From Tubulanus polymorphus (taxonomy: Eukaryota > Animalia > Nemertea), in assembly GCF_964204645.1 (NCBI RefSeq), contig NC_134030.1, positions 14,756,110 to 14,820,109 on the forward strand: a stretch of DNA of 64,000 nucleotides, written 5' to 3'. Below, one piece after another: positions 12,163 to 25,525 of the stretch; positions within the stretch are counted from its first letter, which is position 1, and each line of letters begins with the position of its first letter. Both the position numbers and the translations under genes were made by a program. A model generated the notes under the pieces. It did no database searches and had not been told where the DNA came from. It was given only the letters and a program-made list of their open reading frames with translations.

Positions 12163-14412
12163 ATGAATGGGATAAAAAAAAGGCAAAAGCTTGAGGAAAT
12201 TGTTCAAAATATAAGGTTTGCTTTTGAAAATCAATGCAACCGGAATCCTGTAAAAAGCATTAATGAAGTAGTGGATAATGATGACTGCTCGAGTGAAAAT
12301 CGTGTTGATGATGGACTGAATTCAGAAAGCGACCATGAATATTTTGTTCAAAGTGAAAAAAATGGTTCTAATGATTGGGAACAGTATTTTTATGATGGTG
12401 ATGATGGTGATAGCGACGATGGCAGAGATAATTACAGTGGGGATGATGGTGACAATGGCGGTGATGATGAAAGTGGTGATGATGATAATGAAGATGATGA
12501 CGATGAGGATAACGACGGCGACGGCAACAACAATGACGATTATGGTGACAATGGCAGAGATCATGGCGGTGATGATGAAAGTGATGATGATGATGATGAT
12601 GACGACGATGACAACAACGATGACGATGGCAGAGATCATGGCGGTGATGATGAAAGTGGTGATGATGATCATGGAGATGGGGGTGATGATAATTATGGTG
12701 ACGATGGCAGAGATCATGGCGATGATGATGAAAGTGATGATGATGATTATGAAGATGGTGATGATGATAATGATAATGGTGATGACGATGACGGTGACGA
12801 CGATGATGATGGTGACGATGACAGAGATCATGGCGGTGATGATGAAAGTTGGTGATCATGATCATGGAGATAGTGGTGATGATAATTATGGTGACGATGG
12901 CAGAGATCATGGCGATGATGATTATGAAGATGGTGATGATGATAATGATAATGATGATGACAGTGACGATGATGGTGACGATGACAGAGATCATGGCGGT
13001 GATGATGAAAGTGGTGATCATGATCATGGAGATAGTTGTGATGATGAGCAAGAAAACGCCGAGGATAATGATGACGAAGATGATTCGAAATGAAATACAA
13101 ATATTTGTGCCATGGGAAGAGTACAAGAATATCCGCCCAGTAACTAGCGGCAACAACCATCGACTCTTGAATAATTGGTCTGATACCATCTACAACAATT
13201 TTCGCAAACACTTTCATGGTTGTGTTCTCCGTTTCACCTATAACCGGGTTATAAAGACTAACAGCAGTCGGCAGGAATCAGAGAACTTCTTTTCTGGGAG
13301 AGCATATTGTAAAGGAGACAAATACTCAGCTCAATTTCAATTCAAAATAAAAAACGAACCTCCACCCAATAAACCGGTTTGTTTCAAGTGACGAGGACTG
13401 GAATCATCGAGCATACCTCTAATGAACATAACAAGAGACAAATTCGTGGTAAAAGAAGAGAAGAGATAGCTAAGAGAGTTTCAGTTGAAGGCGCATTGAA
13501 TGTTTTCAACAAAGAACTAGTGAAGACGCCTACGACCGAACTCGAAAGTGGCAATTGGACACAGCCACAAACCTTAAAAGTGTTGAGAAAAGTTGCCTCT
13601 GAAGCACTGGAGAAAGAGATGTATCACAGGGTCTATATTCGTGATTTGATGCTTCTCTGGGAAGCTTTCACTGCGAATGGGGATAGCTATTTTATAAATC
13701 TAGGAGTCTGTCCGTTTAACATCATATGCATGGCTGACGAGCAGATACGTCTGATCAACGAAAGTAACTTCTGTTTGCACTTCAACTCCCCCGGTTCAAC
13801 CATCAATGCAATCAAAGGACAAAAACGACCTTATCTTTACTCGCTTGTTCTCAATAAACCCAACATTTGCAAAATATGACTTCAATTACGCATTAATACA
13901 AAGCATACTGATTGCTTTCAACCGTATGAGTGTGAAAGGGTAAATAAACCTTACCTGGAAAAATCATCCGAGGAACGTCAAGTCAAAGTGCAATGCAACA
14001 TATAACAATCGTTCACCTGTGTTGTGCTCATATGCTTAAGCTTTATTCAGTCAACATGGTCGAAATATTAGGGAAGAAAAAGCTGAAGAAATTTTGTATG
14101 TTTGTCTTTGCCTTGTTCCAGAATGTGACCTCCCTGAAGGCAGCGGCAAATATTTTCAAAAAATTTGTTATCGTCTGTATGACTGAATTCAAGTCGGCTC
14201 CTGTTGAGAAAAGTATAGCCGATATTGCCAAATTTGTCGAAAAAAATAATGTCAAGATCCCTAAAAAAGAACAGGCAGCCAAAGTTGAGATGGATTTCTT
14301 CATTGAAGATAGGACGACGATAAAAAATGCCTCTCCATATTTCAGATATTTCACAGATATGAAATCTGAAGTAAATATCTCAAATGGCGGATGTGAACTA
14401 AACAAACTATAT
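12163..14412 (+). pseudogene. Mutator-superfamily (NOF/Foldback-like) transposase relic with Asp-rich N-terminus
   Basis: Successive frames give W..I...F...C...F, FSGRAYC, G..EH..RQIRG..R, LHFNSPGS (degenerate DATGS), YLYSL and IVHLCCAHMLK (Mutator CxxH); truncated by a piggyBac fragment. Confidence 0.65.
12392..13085 (+). repeat. GAT/GAC-rich coding minisatellite with higher-order units (DGRDHGGDDESGD)
   Basis: gatggcagagatcatggcggtgatgatgaaagt recurs several times; an extra T near 12850 shifts the frame. Confidence 0.9.
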
Positions 14413-15016
14413 TGGCAACGGACACCAATAACAATAATGAAGAACTAGAAACTGTCCATCCTCGAGGTCACATATATCCAAATAATTTGCCTTATTTGTA
14501 ATCCCAATGGTTATCAACACCATGGTATACAATGTATCAGTGTCAAATACATAGGTAACAATTTTCTGAGGCCTGAAATTATACCCCAATGAAACCCCTT
14601 ACATCCGGCCTTCCGACATATCGGTGGAGAAGTTGGTAAATGAGTGGAAAAATGAATTTTTTTGTTCTATTGCTTTGTAATTTTTACTACATTAAGTAAG
14701 GATATATGGCGTACAATTTCAGTTGGAATTGAATAGATCAGTGCATTTAGCTTGGAGACAGAGCAGTTTATCTGAAACTTTTTTATGAATTTTTTTCATG
14801 GCGGCCATCTTGGAGTATGTGACCTTGACCTCAAGTTCACTTATTTCCAAATTATTTATGTCTACATTGTTGGCCCAAAAGTTATCAACAACATGCTATA
14901 TAAATTTTCTGTGTCAGATACCTTGGTAACTATTCTATGAAGTTTCAAATATACCCCTATAAACCCCTAAATTCCCTCCGGTACAGCAGCGGAGACACTA
15001 TGTGGTATTGAAAGGG
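14413..15016 (+). mobile_element. 3' half of the piggyBac non-autonomous element seen complete at 39036-40037 (opposite orientation)
   Basis: Reverse complement of 39036-39643; ends gtggtattgaaaggg followed by TTAA. Confidence 0.9.
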
Positions 15017-16575
15017 TTAAATGACGTATTATCGATGCGATTGAAGACATGGCGAATGTCCGTCGATGTAATGGTCAACTGAATTAAAATTCTATGAAAA
15101 ATTGTTTTTGGCGGGAAAATTCTTAGCTCTCGCGTATAAAATTGCAATGACCTCGATTGGGGGGCGTCGTCTCTACGAGTGAATGGGATTGGCTGATTTT
15201 GGGATATACGGGGAATTCCGGCGCAACTAAAATAATTATGGGAAAGCCATAGAATGGCGTATGTTTCATTGGACTATGTGCCGCATATGTGCGAATTTCA
15301 AATGCTCATTGCTGGTGAGGATGTAATTATTTCACACATCCGCCATAGGTATTGTTTAATTTTAATACCCGGTGATTGATTTGATTGACATTGAGGTGTA
15401 AGTGAATATTCACTTACACAAGGCCTCCATGTGCGCGCGGAGTGCTACACGACACACAAGCTCGTACACTACACTACTTATAAAGGTGATGCTGTAACGC
15501 GTGCACGTTTGACATGAAAATAGGCTGAATAATCGTAGCAGAAGATGAGCGCTGTGTTTTCTGTTTGATAGAATTTGTAATAAATTGTAATTTCTTGTGA
15601 CTGAAAATACTAAGCAGCAAACGAATATGGTCTGTCGAGGTCTGAATATTGTAGTGGTAAATTCCAGGATTTAAAATGATCTAAAATAGCCGATTTCTTC
15701 TTCGTATATTAGCTTCCGCGGCCAACATTGGAAGAGGTTTCCAAGACCTAATATTCAGCCACCCTCTGATATGTGACATCATATGAATCTTAGACCATCC
15801 CAAAATAATGGTCTGTTTGCCGTAACCCAACCAACCCGACTTCAAAGGTACCGAGTGAAAACGTTTTTCTGGGATTCATTGAAATTAATTTTATTTTTGA
15901 TAAAAACACCGACCGACCCACTGCCGGCGTATGAGCATCGTGTGAAAACATGCCTTGACATGTGGCTTAGTTTAAGTTTTCCAGGAAACTGGCAGTATTC
16001 CAATAAGCTGCCATTCATTCTAATAGTGACTATATTAAAGCTGGTTACGTAAAAGCGTGCACATATTCAATGTAGTTTCATTTTTAACACAGAGATGATG
16101 CTCTGGACAAAGTTAAAATTTTAGAATAATTCTTCAAATCTACGCTATTAGACAAATTCCCCGTGCACAACGTAGATGATTTTTTGCGATATTGTTTCCA
16201 TGTAGAAAAGGCCAAACGTGAAGAATTTGTTTTTTTTTGCCCAAAAATTTTGCCAAAAAAAAAAATTTCTACTTACCTACCAACTCATCCGTAAAAGTTG
16301 AGTCGGTGTTACGGCAAACAGACAATTATTTTGGGATGGCCTTATTTTAATATTTTGTCATATTTTGAAACATATTTTTTTGAAAATATAAAATAGTTTT
16401 ACTGCCGCGCCTACCTGTACCCTACAAAATTTTGGACGTTGACCGTAAACAAATGTATATCTTTGGTCTTATTTGACTACAAAATGATTCTTTAAGAAAG
16501 ATAAAATACAATGTAAACTTGTGGAATTTTGAAGTCACGAATTAAAAAGATTTTTCAAGCGATGCCCTTATTCCA
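15017..16575. repeat. About 1.55-kb composite repeat; direct copy at 58565-60146
   Basis: Collinear, highly similar sequence throughout, including the nested MITE. Confidence 0.92.
15793..16341. mobile_element. PIF/Harbinger-like MITE
   Basis: TIR g(g/a)ccatcccaaaataat.gtctgtttgccgtaac with TTA on both flanks. Confidence 0.7.
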
Positions 16576-17824
16576 AACAACCTCTAGCTTTCAATGTAAA
16601 CCACACTTTGCCCATGGGCAATTTATTTCCATTCATAATTTGAAAAAAAATGGATTTTTTTCCTGATATTTTCTGTCCTTATTTTCGATCAAATTATCCA
16701 TCAAAAGTTAGGTTTCTCCCATCATTTGAATCCAATCTAATAGAGTTTTCACTCTCATCCATTTGTTCTGCTTGACCTTTAGAGTATATATCTAGCGTCT
16801 CTTTTAAGCCTCTCCAGTCCTATTGGGCCAACCAATAAAAATATTGTTCTAAACATTTGGTTACTGTTCTTAAACGAAGCAAAAAGAATTTTCCTGAGAA
16901 TGGTGATGTCGCCTGGATATATATGTATCGATGCATAACATTATCACCTAAGCTTCAATGCGGGCATAGGCCTCTTGTCAAGTTTTGATATTTTGAGCCT
17001 AAGGACCCTTGATCCTCTAGCAGGGATGCGAATTCCCCGTGGATTTCGGTATTGAAAAATATCAATTTTCCAAATAGTCCAAAAATGATGTGATAGTATG
17101 GGGGGGTAATGATCTCACTCGATTGGTCCGGCGCAATCGGTAATCAGGTGAACCGTAAAAGCATTCAGTGCCTGTTTTACTTATCGTCGCGTAAAAGTAT
17201 CGCATTTCAATGCATATTCATTGCAACACAGTGATTTTGTATCTACATTTGTACTACGATGAGTGTGTATGTATTCTATCGATCGGTTGCAGACACGCGC
17301 GCGCGGCAACAGAAGTAATGTATATAGGCCTACTTACTGTTGCCGCGCGTGTGTGGCGAACGCCTTCGGATATTATACACTACAAGGTGATGATTTTTAG
17401 TGAGCATTCATCGGCGAATTTTTACTACGATAATTCAGGGCTCGACCCGTAATGCATCAGATGCTGAATGTCATCGAATGAGGATGTACCACATTGGAAC
17501 TAGCCATTACCTTCCAAAATATAATTGTCATTCATGGGTTCAAGATCGCTCTAAGTGGTCGGAAAACGCTTTTAATTTCTAAAATTTATGTGTCGTATTA
17601 TATATTTATCGTATAATACGTCGCGAAACATCGGTGTTGCCTAGACCCACTGTCTGTGCATGTTCAACAATTCAATGATATATGCACATGTAAAAAACGC
17701 TGCGCTGGAATTCTGTATTTAGAATCGTGCATATCAGTTCATTCAACAAAGCATAGCCTACATGCTCATGGAATTATTCATTATTTTAATTTAGGCACTG
17801 TGTGCTTGTCTCGAGTGATAGATT

Positions 17825-17990
17825 GGAAGATTATAAGAGGCTTCTCTTAGGACTCTCAACTATTTATTGACAAGTGCATTGAAGTATGAACATGCCCTGG
17901 TGATTTCGATATTGTTGGAGCCATCCTTTTCACTGACTCAAGACATAAACAACGAATCTTCAACTGCATGGCAGTAGTCCTATTTTGTCA
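17825..17990. repeat. Interspersed repeat; second copy at about 19757-19915
   Basis: ggaagattata..ctcaactatt..gagccatccttttca..ctcaagacataaacaacgaa..ggcagtagtc shared. Confidence 0.8.
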
Positions 17991-18107
17991 TTAGTAATAA
18001 TTAGTCATAAGCCTTCCTATACTGACTGGTCAAACTTAGATCTTAGATTTAGTAACATTATTTAGAATCTGGGAAAGTTCAATATCACTTCTCTATCCTG
18101 TTTACAG

Positions 18108-18152
18108 GGGACGGAACAGGTGGCGAGTCCATATATGGAAGAACATTCATTG
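18108..18152 (+). CDS. PPIG: Cyclophilin G exon (GDGTGGESIYGRTFI)
   Basis: cag/gtaagt splice sites; GGESIYG cyclophilin motif. Confidence 0.92.
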
Positions 18153-18237
18153 GTAAGTGTTTTTCAATTCAAACAAGAAACAGTTTGTGTCTTTGTCTGA
18201 GGGGTATTCTATGATGATGTATTTCCCATACTTTTAG

Positions 18238-18325
18238 ATGAAAGTTTTGAGTTCAAGCATGACCGAGAATTTTTACTTTCAATGGCTAATCGTGGCAAAG
18301 ATACAAATGGCTCACAGTTTTTTAT
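18238..18325 (+). CDS. PPIG: Cyclophilin G exon ([29 protein letters not shown])
   Basis: tag/gtaagt; [15 protein letters not shown]; phase fits neighbouring exons. Confidence 0.95.
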
Positions 18326-19352
18326 GTAAGTAAATTGTATGCATTCTACCCTGTTTTTCCAAGATTTTGCATAATATCTCCTACGTGCATATTAATGTTT
18401 GTTCCTCTCAAACTTAAGAACAAAACTAAAAGAACTAAAGTGTCCTTGATGGTGGGTCCAAAATGAACCTGTCGAAGTTCAGGGTGCTATTGTAATCCCA
18501 ATATTTGCACCTTAAAAACTTCTAATTTTTGGCTGATTTATGGTGAGATTTTTGTCGTAGACCTATATTCATTGTACACAGGTATTGTGTATCTTGGCGA
18601 CTAAAATTTCAACGGATTATCCCCCATTTAGCTAATTGATGCTTGACCTTGTTTCCATTGCCAGGTATATCATCATATTGACATATTTATAAAGTGGTGT
18701 GCCGCCATCATCTCACCTTATTGCAAATTCCAGAACATCTCACTTTTTGTGCTCATAAGCAAAATGTGCTCAGTTGATCCTCTTTATTTTCTAAAACCCG
18801 GGTGTGCGGAAATCTCTTCATCGAACCCGATGTTTCGAGTGTAGTGCAGACGCAGAACCTGGGTACAAAATGCTAGTGTAGACATAGCTTAGATGAACTA
18901 TGGAGCAGCAGTACAGTGCTGTGAGCCTAGCTTAGTGTACTTTAATAGCTTCATAGCAGCGGATGACCTTTTATGACGTTGCAGCGCGTACCTGCTGGTT
19001 TGGCTGACGCTGAGCAGTAGGCGATGTAAACAATGAGGTCAAATCGAAAAAATGAGGTTCGAAGTCACGTTACAAAATCACAAATTGTGCGTAAACTGAT
19101 TATTTTTTAACAGAATGGTTGATGATTAGTGGATAGATCAATAGAATACATCAAATTTTGAAATAAAAAAAGTGTCAGTTACGCTTTAAGAGCTGAGTGA
19201 AAAAACTATGAAGTGAAAGTGCCAAAAAATTTTTTTTCAGCAACAGCTTAAGTACCAAGAAAAGCGCAAATAAAGCTCACCTCTTGTGATTGTACTCCAC
19301 GTGTTTGTCCTCTCTGTGTTCCTGTTGTTTGAAGTGAAGATGAGGTCTCGCA

Positions 19353-19585
19353 ATCCCATCCTCGGGAGGGAGTTGAACCCGATGGCATCGCTACACTCAG
19401 CCACGGCACGAACCCCTGCCACAGTAGATCAGGTGTGCACGTACATGCGCAGCTTTGCGGCATGAATGCTTGCGGCACCGATCACATTGCTTGTATAATC
19501 GCTGCGGCAAATTTCACAGAAGAACTATAAACGAGAAAACCCAGGCTAAAATAAAACAGGATTTCTGATTGGCTAATAATAACAT
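19353..19585. repeat. Partial copy (left arm plus spacer) of the fold-back element at 48178-48522
   Basis: gaacccgatggcatcg..gaacccctgccaca..gcagctttgc..gaagaactat..ctgattggctaataat shared. Confidence 0.8.
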
Positions 19586-20246
19586 CAAAATTTTCTTGGG
19601 GGAGGTCAACCCCCCTTAGGAGCTTAGCACCTCGGTTCGCAACTGCTGGCTTTAGAAGCCTGTATTTAGAAGCTACGGTCACGTGCTTCAATCAATTAAA
19701 CAAAGCATATCTTACGTGCTCGACAGTGAGCTTGTATTGAGTGATAGGCCTTGATAGGAAGATTATAGATAGGGGTTCCTCTTGGGACTCAACTATTCAT
19801 TGACCAGTGCATTTTAGTATGAACATGTGGTTTGTATATTGTCGGAGCCATCCTTTTCATTTACTCAAGACATAAACAACGAACGATCAACCCCGCGGCA
19901 GTAGTCTTATTTTTCATTGGAAAATGGGCCTCATTCTCCTTGAAATTGCTAAATTTTTGTGGGGGAGGTCAACCCCCCTTAGGGGCTTTGCACCTTCGGT
20001 TTGCAACTGCTGGCTTTGCCAACACTAGTTAGCTTAATACTTTTATTTTTAATACTTCCGCGTTTTTCAAATGCCTCTGTATTCAGGCAGGAACACAGAT
20101 CCGTGCCGGTCAACACACTGATTTAACAACAAAAGTCGTACCTGCTAATAACACTCGTCTTGTGCTCAGCAAGAACTTTAGAAAAAATCATCTTTGTAAA
20201 TGAATGATACTTTTGTTTCATTTCATCTGATGTACCTAAATTATAG

Positions 20247-20276
20247 AACCACTAAACCAGCTCCGCATTTAGATGG
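20247..20276 (+). CDS. PPIG: Cyclophilin G 30-bp exon (TTKPAPHLDG)
   Basis: tag/gtaagt; PHLDG as in PPIG/NKTR. Confidence 0.92.
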
Positions 20277-20715
20277 GTAAGTGCATTTCTATTTATGTTG
20301 ATTGATAAAGTAATTAAAGCAAGTTCCTATTGACAGTAATAATCCACTACTTATATTTCTTGCGTAGAATTGCGTACAGGAGTGCAATTAACTGGTTAAT
20401 GTAAAACACAGAAGTTATCCTTGCGTTAGCACTATATCATTGTATCTGTTATAGCCTAGTTCACTGTAAGTAATACCTATAGTGCTTCAAAATAACACTT
20501 TGGATTGATATCTTCGAAGATATAAGCGCCATATTTGCAGGACCTTTAGCCCTTCAGTGTGAAAACTTTTCTCAATTTGTTTTCAGTTTCAATCCTGATT
20601 CATAAATTAAGCTTTTAATAGATTACTGATCATTAGATTTTCTTCAATGCCTTTGGTATTTGTTATCCTATCAATCAAGTGTTTTGATTTTTTATAGGAA
20701 AACCCCTATGTGCTG

Positions 20716-21295
20716 TTTTTAGGCTGGTCGTAAGCTGAGCCTATTACTATGCAAATGGAGCGAATTTAAATGACATGGTTTCCAGAGCTAAGGCCCTTTG
20801 ACTGTGCTACTGAGTATATATTCATACAAATCATTCATTAAAGCATTATCCATTCTCCAAATTGTAGCGAGCTGAATTTTGAAAAAGGGCCTTGTTAAAA
20901 TTAATATGAGCTTTTTCATGAAAATCTGAATGTGAAAATATCGGTTTTAAATAGCCAATCAGAAAGCCAAGACTCCACTATGATTGGCTTGGCTGCAGAA
21001 ATCAGCAGTGAACCCGTGGTATCGTCTACTGTTTTACTTTCAGGTTTTATTTTAAGATTTAAAATTGTATTTCAAGTTAGATTTCTGTGAAATTTTTAGT
21101 TGATTTGGTTTTTGGAAGGAATATTTCTATTTCACTACAAAAAATATCATTGACAATTTTGCAAAGTCCAGGAAAACTAGCTTGTAGTGTAGTGTAGTTT
21201 GTGTAGTTTGACAAATATAACCCACAGAATGCATCATTCGCCGTTTTATGAAAAGCTGACAGGTTGGCCATAGTGCCCCCTGGAGGCTCTTGTTT
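20716..21295 (+). mobile_element. Helentron-associated (HINE/DINE-1-like) non-autonomous element
   Basis: ttttt-aggct..agcct 5' inverted repeat; 3' hairpin gccccctggaggc then tcttgttt; related copy at 29172-30325. Confidence 0.55.
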
Positions 21296-23026
21296 CAGGG
21301 CATGTTCTTTTACATAAGTTCTCCCATTTAAGGCACTGATTCAATGGTGCAAAGCACATACGGTAAAGAAATTAAATTGACATCGTTTAAAACAGAAATT
21401 GATTGATTGAAAGGAATTAAACGCGTACTGTAGATCGTTATATCGGTTTTCATTGTTAAAAAGTGTTCAAATCGCGTGTATAACGCGTTTTAATCGGACC
21501 GATAAATGAAAACGCGATGTGTTCAACAAGCAAACACTGAGACTTTTTTTATTACTTAACCCTTTCAGTGCATCTACACCGAATTGCAGTGTATAAAGCA
21601 GTGATAGAGTTTGATAGATTACTCAACAAAGTAGGAAAGCATGTGAATGTGAAATTTGAGCCTTGCATTCTTTTACTTAGTCCAGAAGAGGTTTTTTTTA
21701 TCAAATTGGAATAACTGTTTTCAAAATTAGGTGAACAGCTCAACTGAATTTATTTCAGTATTTATTCTATCAATAATGATAATTGTTAGGCTTATTCTCA
21801 CTAGCATATGCTCAGTGAGTAATGGGTATTAGATTATAATATAATGCACTATTATTTTGATCTTTTGACGTGATATTAGAAGTTGTAATATCATGAAATT
21901 TCGGTTAAGGTATCATTTCTAACAAGCGATAAAAGGGTTCAATATTCGTAAACAAACAAGCAGAGAACAGCGTGACAAAGTGAACATCACATGGATTACT
22001 TAAAAATTGATTGTATCGAAATAAACAATAATTGTAGGTTAATTCTAAGTATTTTAGATACATTTTTTGGGAAAATTTTTTGGGGTCTTTCATCCAGGTA
22101 ATGAGATGTAAAGATATAATCCATTTCATGAACATATGATTTTATTTGTATTTTCGTCTCTCATATATCCTTGAAGACAAATTAAGCCTAAGCGACAAAT
22201 TGATTTCTACAGAATCAAAGATTTATGACAGTTGATTGCCCCAGTAAGTTTTATAATTGCAAATATAAAACAAAAATCATTAAATTCTAAATTAGATCTG
22301 GCACAATACTAGTTTTAACCGTTTTAATCCATAATGATGTTATTTAAATCAATAGTTTTCCTATTGGATATTTCCATTTTGTTGAGGGTGATATAATTTA
22401 GGGGGTTCTTAGCAACTCAGAAACTAGGATTTCTATTCACAGAACAGCATTCAAAGCATACAGAGTTCTGTATACAAAGCATATGGGGTTTAACAGTACC
22501 TTTGACCTTGTCACGTATCACTGCAAATCTTTAAAAGATGTGGCTATTTTGAACAGGAAATTACCATGCCATCTCAAAAAGATCACTTTTCACTAGTTGA
22601 CTTTTAGAAATGATGTGTTTTGAGAGTAGCTATTGTGGCAGGAGTTACTATCTATCACTAAGTCGCTGTTTACAATCGGTTGGTTACAGTCACCTCTACT
22701 GCCTGTGTGCACTAATAAAATGCTAGCACATCTGATTTTTACATAAGTCACTTTTCAGCAGTAGACTCTTTCAAACAGCTACTATGGAAAACCAACTGAA
22801 TTGACAGGTAGACTATTTCAGAGTGACTGGTGTTAAATGTATACTACTGGGAAAGTAGCCGATATTGTTAATTGCTAAATGGCTACCAAGTAAAAGTAGA
22901 CATTTGGGCTCAAAAGTGCGATATAGACATGTTCTTTGATTCAGCCTTTCGTTTGAACTCAAAACTGGGATAGACATTTCTTGGATTCAGCCTTTCGATT
23001 TCTGTATCACTCTCCATCCAAAACAA

Positions 23027-23722
23027 GGGTATTCGAACTTCGCTATTTTCGAGTCACTGAATTGCTGACATGCTGAATGCTGTGTTAATAACTATAATTG
23101 TTTTCATTTCACACGCTGAATGCTGTGTTAATAACTATAATTGTTTTCATTTCACAAATTTTTCAAATAATTGTAAAATAAACAATGTATACTAAATGAT
23201 AGATCATACAAGTGACCGCATATATTACGACAGTATCACCTTTAGAGCAAGATTAACGTTGTTAACAGCGCTCTAACATTTTGGTATTTAAAGCGGCCCG
23301 GTTAGGCCTAACAGGCGTTAGTTTCTTTGATATTTCTGATAACATCCAGCAGTCAAATGATTTCATTTCAATCGTTGCCTCAACTAATCGTCACGATTTT
23401 TTGTATATTTTTCTGTCATATCTGAAACTCGAGTCCCCATGGCGAATCCCCATTAAAGCAGTAAGACTACATTGAAGTACCGATGACGTAAGTACCGATG
23501 TCGTAAGCCGAAAGCCGTTACCGCTCTGCGCAAAATACATTCGTTACCGTAATCCAACTGAATTTTTATAGGATATATGTAACGAAATTTATCAATGAAT
23601 CGGTCAAATGAAACAGTTTCTTTAGAATATATGTAAAATATGCATGGATTCAGCGTAAATTCAAAACAGCGAAATTAATATAATAATCAATGATTCAGTG
23701 ATTCAGCGAAGTTCGAACACCC
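23027..23722. mobile_element. Mutator-type MITE
   Basis: TIR gggtattcgaacttcgct / agcgaagttcgaacaccc; 9-bp TSD CCAAAACAA at 23018-23026 and 23723-23731. Confidence 0.8.
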
Positions 23723-23855
23723 CCAAAACAATGCAGATCTGACTCCAATTCTATATAAATTGTCATCCGATTCTGGAAACGTTTTCTTATCAATCATGGC
23801 AATTGCGCAATTGTAAGTATTAGGCTCGCACTTAAACTTCTTTTAAACCCTTTAA

Positions 23856-24427
23856 CCCTTTAACTGGCAAATATTTTTCGGCCTATTTTTCGGAAAACTT
23901 AATTACTCAGTAGATATGAGGGATAACCCCATATTGTATGTTTTTTATGAAAGCTATTTTCATAAGCTTTCAAATGATACCATGTTTGCGAACTTTGAGG
24001 GTTATCTTCAGGGTCTGATCCCAAGGTCACAGATCCCAAGGTCATTCAGATTTTTGGGCCACCCATAATAAAAAACTGTCATCAGATTCATCCCAATATG
24101 AATTATCAGAATCTTTCATTACTTTGTCCAAAATATCAGCCAAACTCACTAAAGAATGTCTTTAGTGCATTGGCCATTACTACTAACGATATTCTCAATT
24201 TTGGAAATCTGACCCACGTGACACGTGGTTTCCATACCCCCTTCTACATGCCAAATGTATGATATATCACTTTCCAACCTTGTTAGACATTGTAGGCCGT
24301 CTGGTGTCGCCATCTGCTGATAGGAAAATGAGTAAGAATGCTTCACTGAAATCAATACTTGACTATTCTATTCACTATAGCTGGTCTATTCAAATCGGTC
24401 GCTAGCGACCGATTGCCAGTTAAAGGG
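23856..24427. mobile_element. piggyBac MITE
   Basis: TTAA-ccctttaactggcaa ... ttgccagttaaaggg-TTAA. Confidence 0.88.
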
Positions 24428-24638
24428 TTAATTTGGAATGTGTACGATGTACATTCTTAACTGTTCATGTCATTCCTCAATGATAGGAGACGTTTGACTG
24501 AAACACTTTTGGATTCCACGTTAGTCAAAACTACAAATCAACCAACTGATATCGGACCAGCAATAACTTCAAAAACTGATCAAGTTAACTGACTGATCTT
24601 GATCTTTGATTAGTGAATACTGCAAATATAATGCAGTA

Positions 24639-24862
24639 AACCGACCGTGGTTACAATATTGTAGCCTCGGTCAGTGTATGCAGATAAATCCGCGCAAGTC
24701 AACCGACCTAGGTTACAATATTGTAGCCTCGGTCAGTGTATGCAGATAAATCCGCGCAAGTCAACGGACCTAGGTTACAATATTGTAGCCTCGGTCAGTG
24801 TATGCAGATAAAGCCGCGCAAGTCAACCGACATAGGTTACAATATTGTAGCCTCAGTCAGTG
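24639..24862. repeat. 62-bp minisatellite, about 3.6 copies, each with an internal palindrome
   Basis: aaccgacctaggttacaatattgtagcctcggtcagtgtatgcagataaatccgcgcaagtc repeated. Confidence 0.95.
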
Positions 24863-25132
24863 TTCCACTGATATATCATACATTTGCCTCAACCTAGTCT
24901 GCCAGGTTACTTATTGCTTTGTCTTTATCCTGGCCCAATCATAATCGTATTTCTTTTTTTCAGCTTTACAACTGATTCCACGAAATTTATAATTCCATTT
25001 GCGAATAATATTGTGTTTTCAACTAAAATCCCTGTGTATGCTTAACTGATGTGACAGATTTTAGTCTATTGCAAGCCAACTACAGGACCAATGGGCCTTT
25101 ATGATTGTTTTTCTCTGTGTTCCTTATTGTAG

Positions 25133-25278
25133 TATCCATGTTGTGTTTGGTCAAGTGATTCAAGGACAGGACATAGCAAGACAAATTGAAAATTTAAAAA
25201 CTGATGCCAACAGTTCGCCATTCAATAATGTTGCAATAGCTAACTGTGGGGAGTTAGTCTTGCAGCTTAAATCAAGAG
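25133..25278 (+). CDS. PPIG: Cyclophilin G exon (IHVVFGQVIQG...IANCGELVLQLKSR)
   Basis: tag/gt; HVVFGQV and CGEL motifs close the PPIase domain. Confidence 0.93.
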
Positions 25279-25356
25279 GTCACTAATCATTTGTTATATT
25301 CATTTTGATTCATTTCATTCAATTTGGTTGATTTTGTTTGTTTTATGAATTGACAG

Positions 25357-25492
25357 CTAAAAAACGAAAAAGTGAAAAGAAATTCGAATCAGATGAATGT
25401 ACAGATGAATCAGAGAAGCATCAAAAACGCAAGAAAAAGAAAATGAAAAAACTGAAAAAAGGAAAGAAAGGCCATTCTATTAGAACTAAAAG
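25357..25492 (+). CDS. PPIG: Cyclophilin G Lys-rich exon
   Basis: cag/gtatgt; AKKRKSEKK..KRKKKKMKK; phases fit. Confidence 0.85.
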
Positions 25493-25525
25493 GTATGTAC
25501 GTAATCAATTACCCATGAGACTTAC

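Noticed and set aside
12322-13217. His-, Ile- and Met-rich ORFs
   Set aside because: Alternative frames and antisense of the GAT repeat
17380-17400. QGDDF as the cyclophilin QGGDF exon
   Set aside because: Followed by a stop, with no FHRV context or splice sites
24639-24862. CRISPR-like array
   Set aside because: Spacers are identical, there are no cas genes, and the context is eukaryotic
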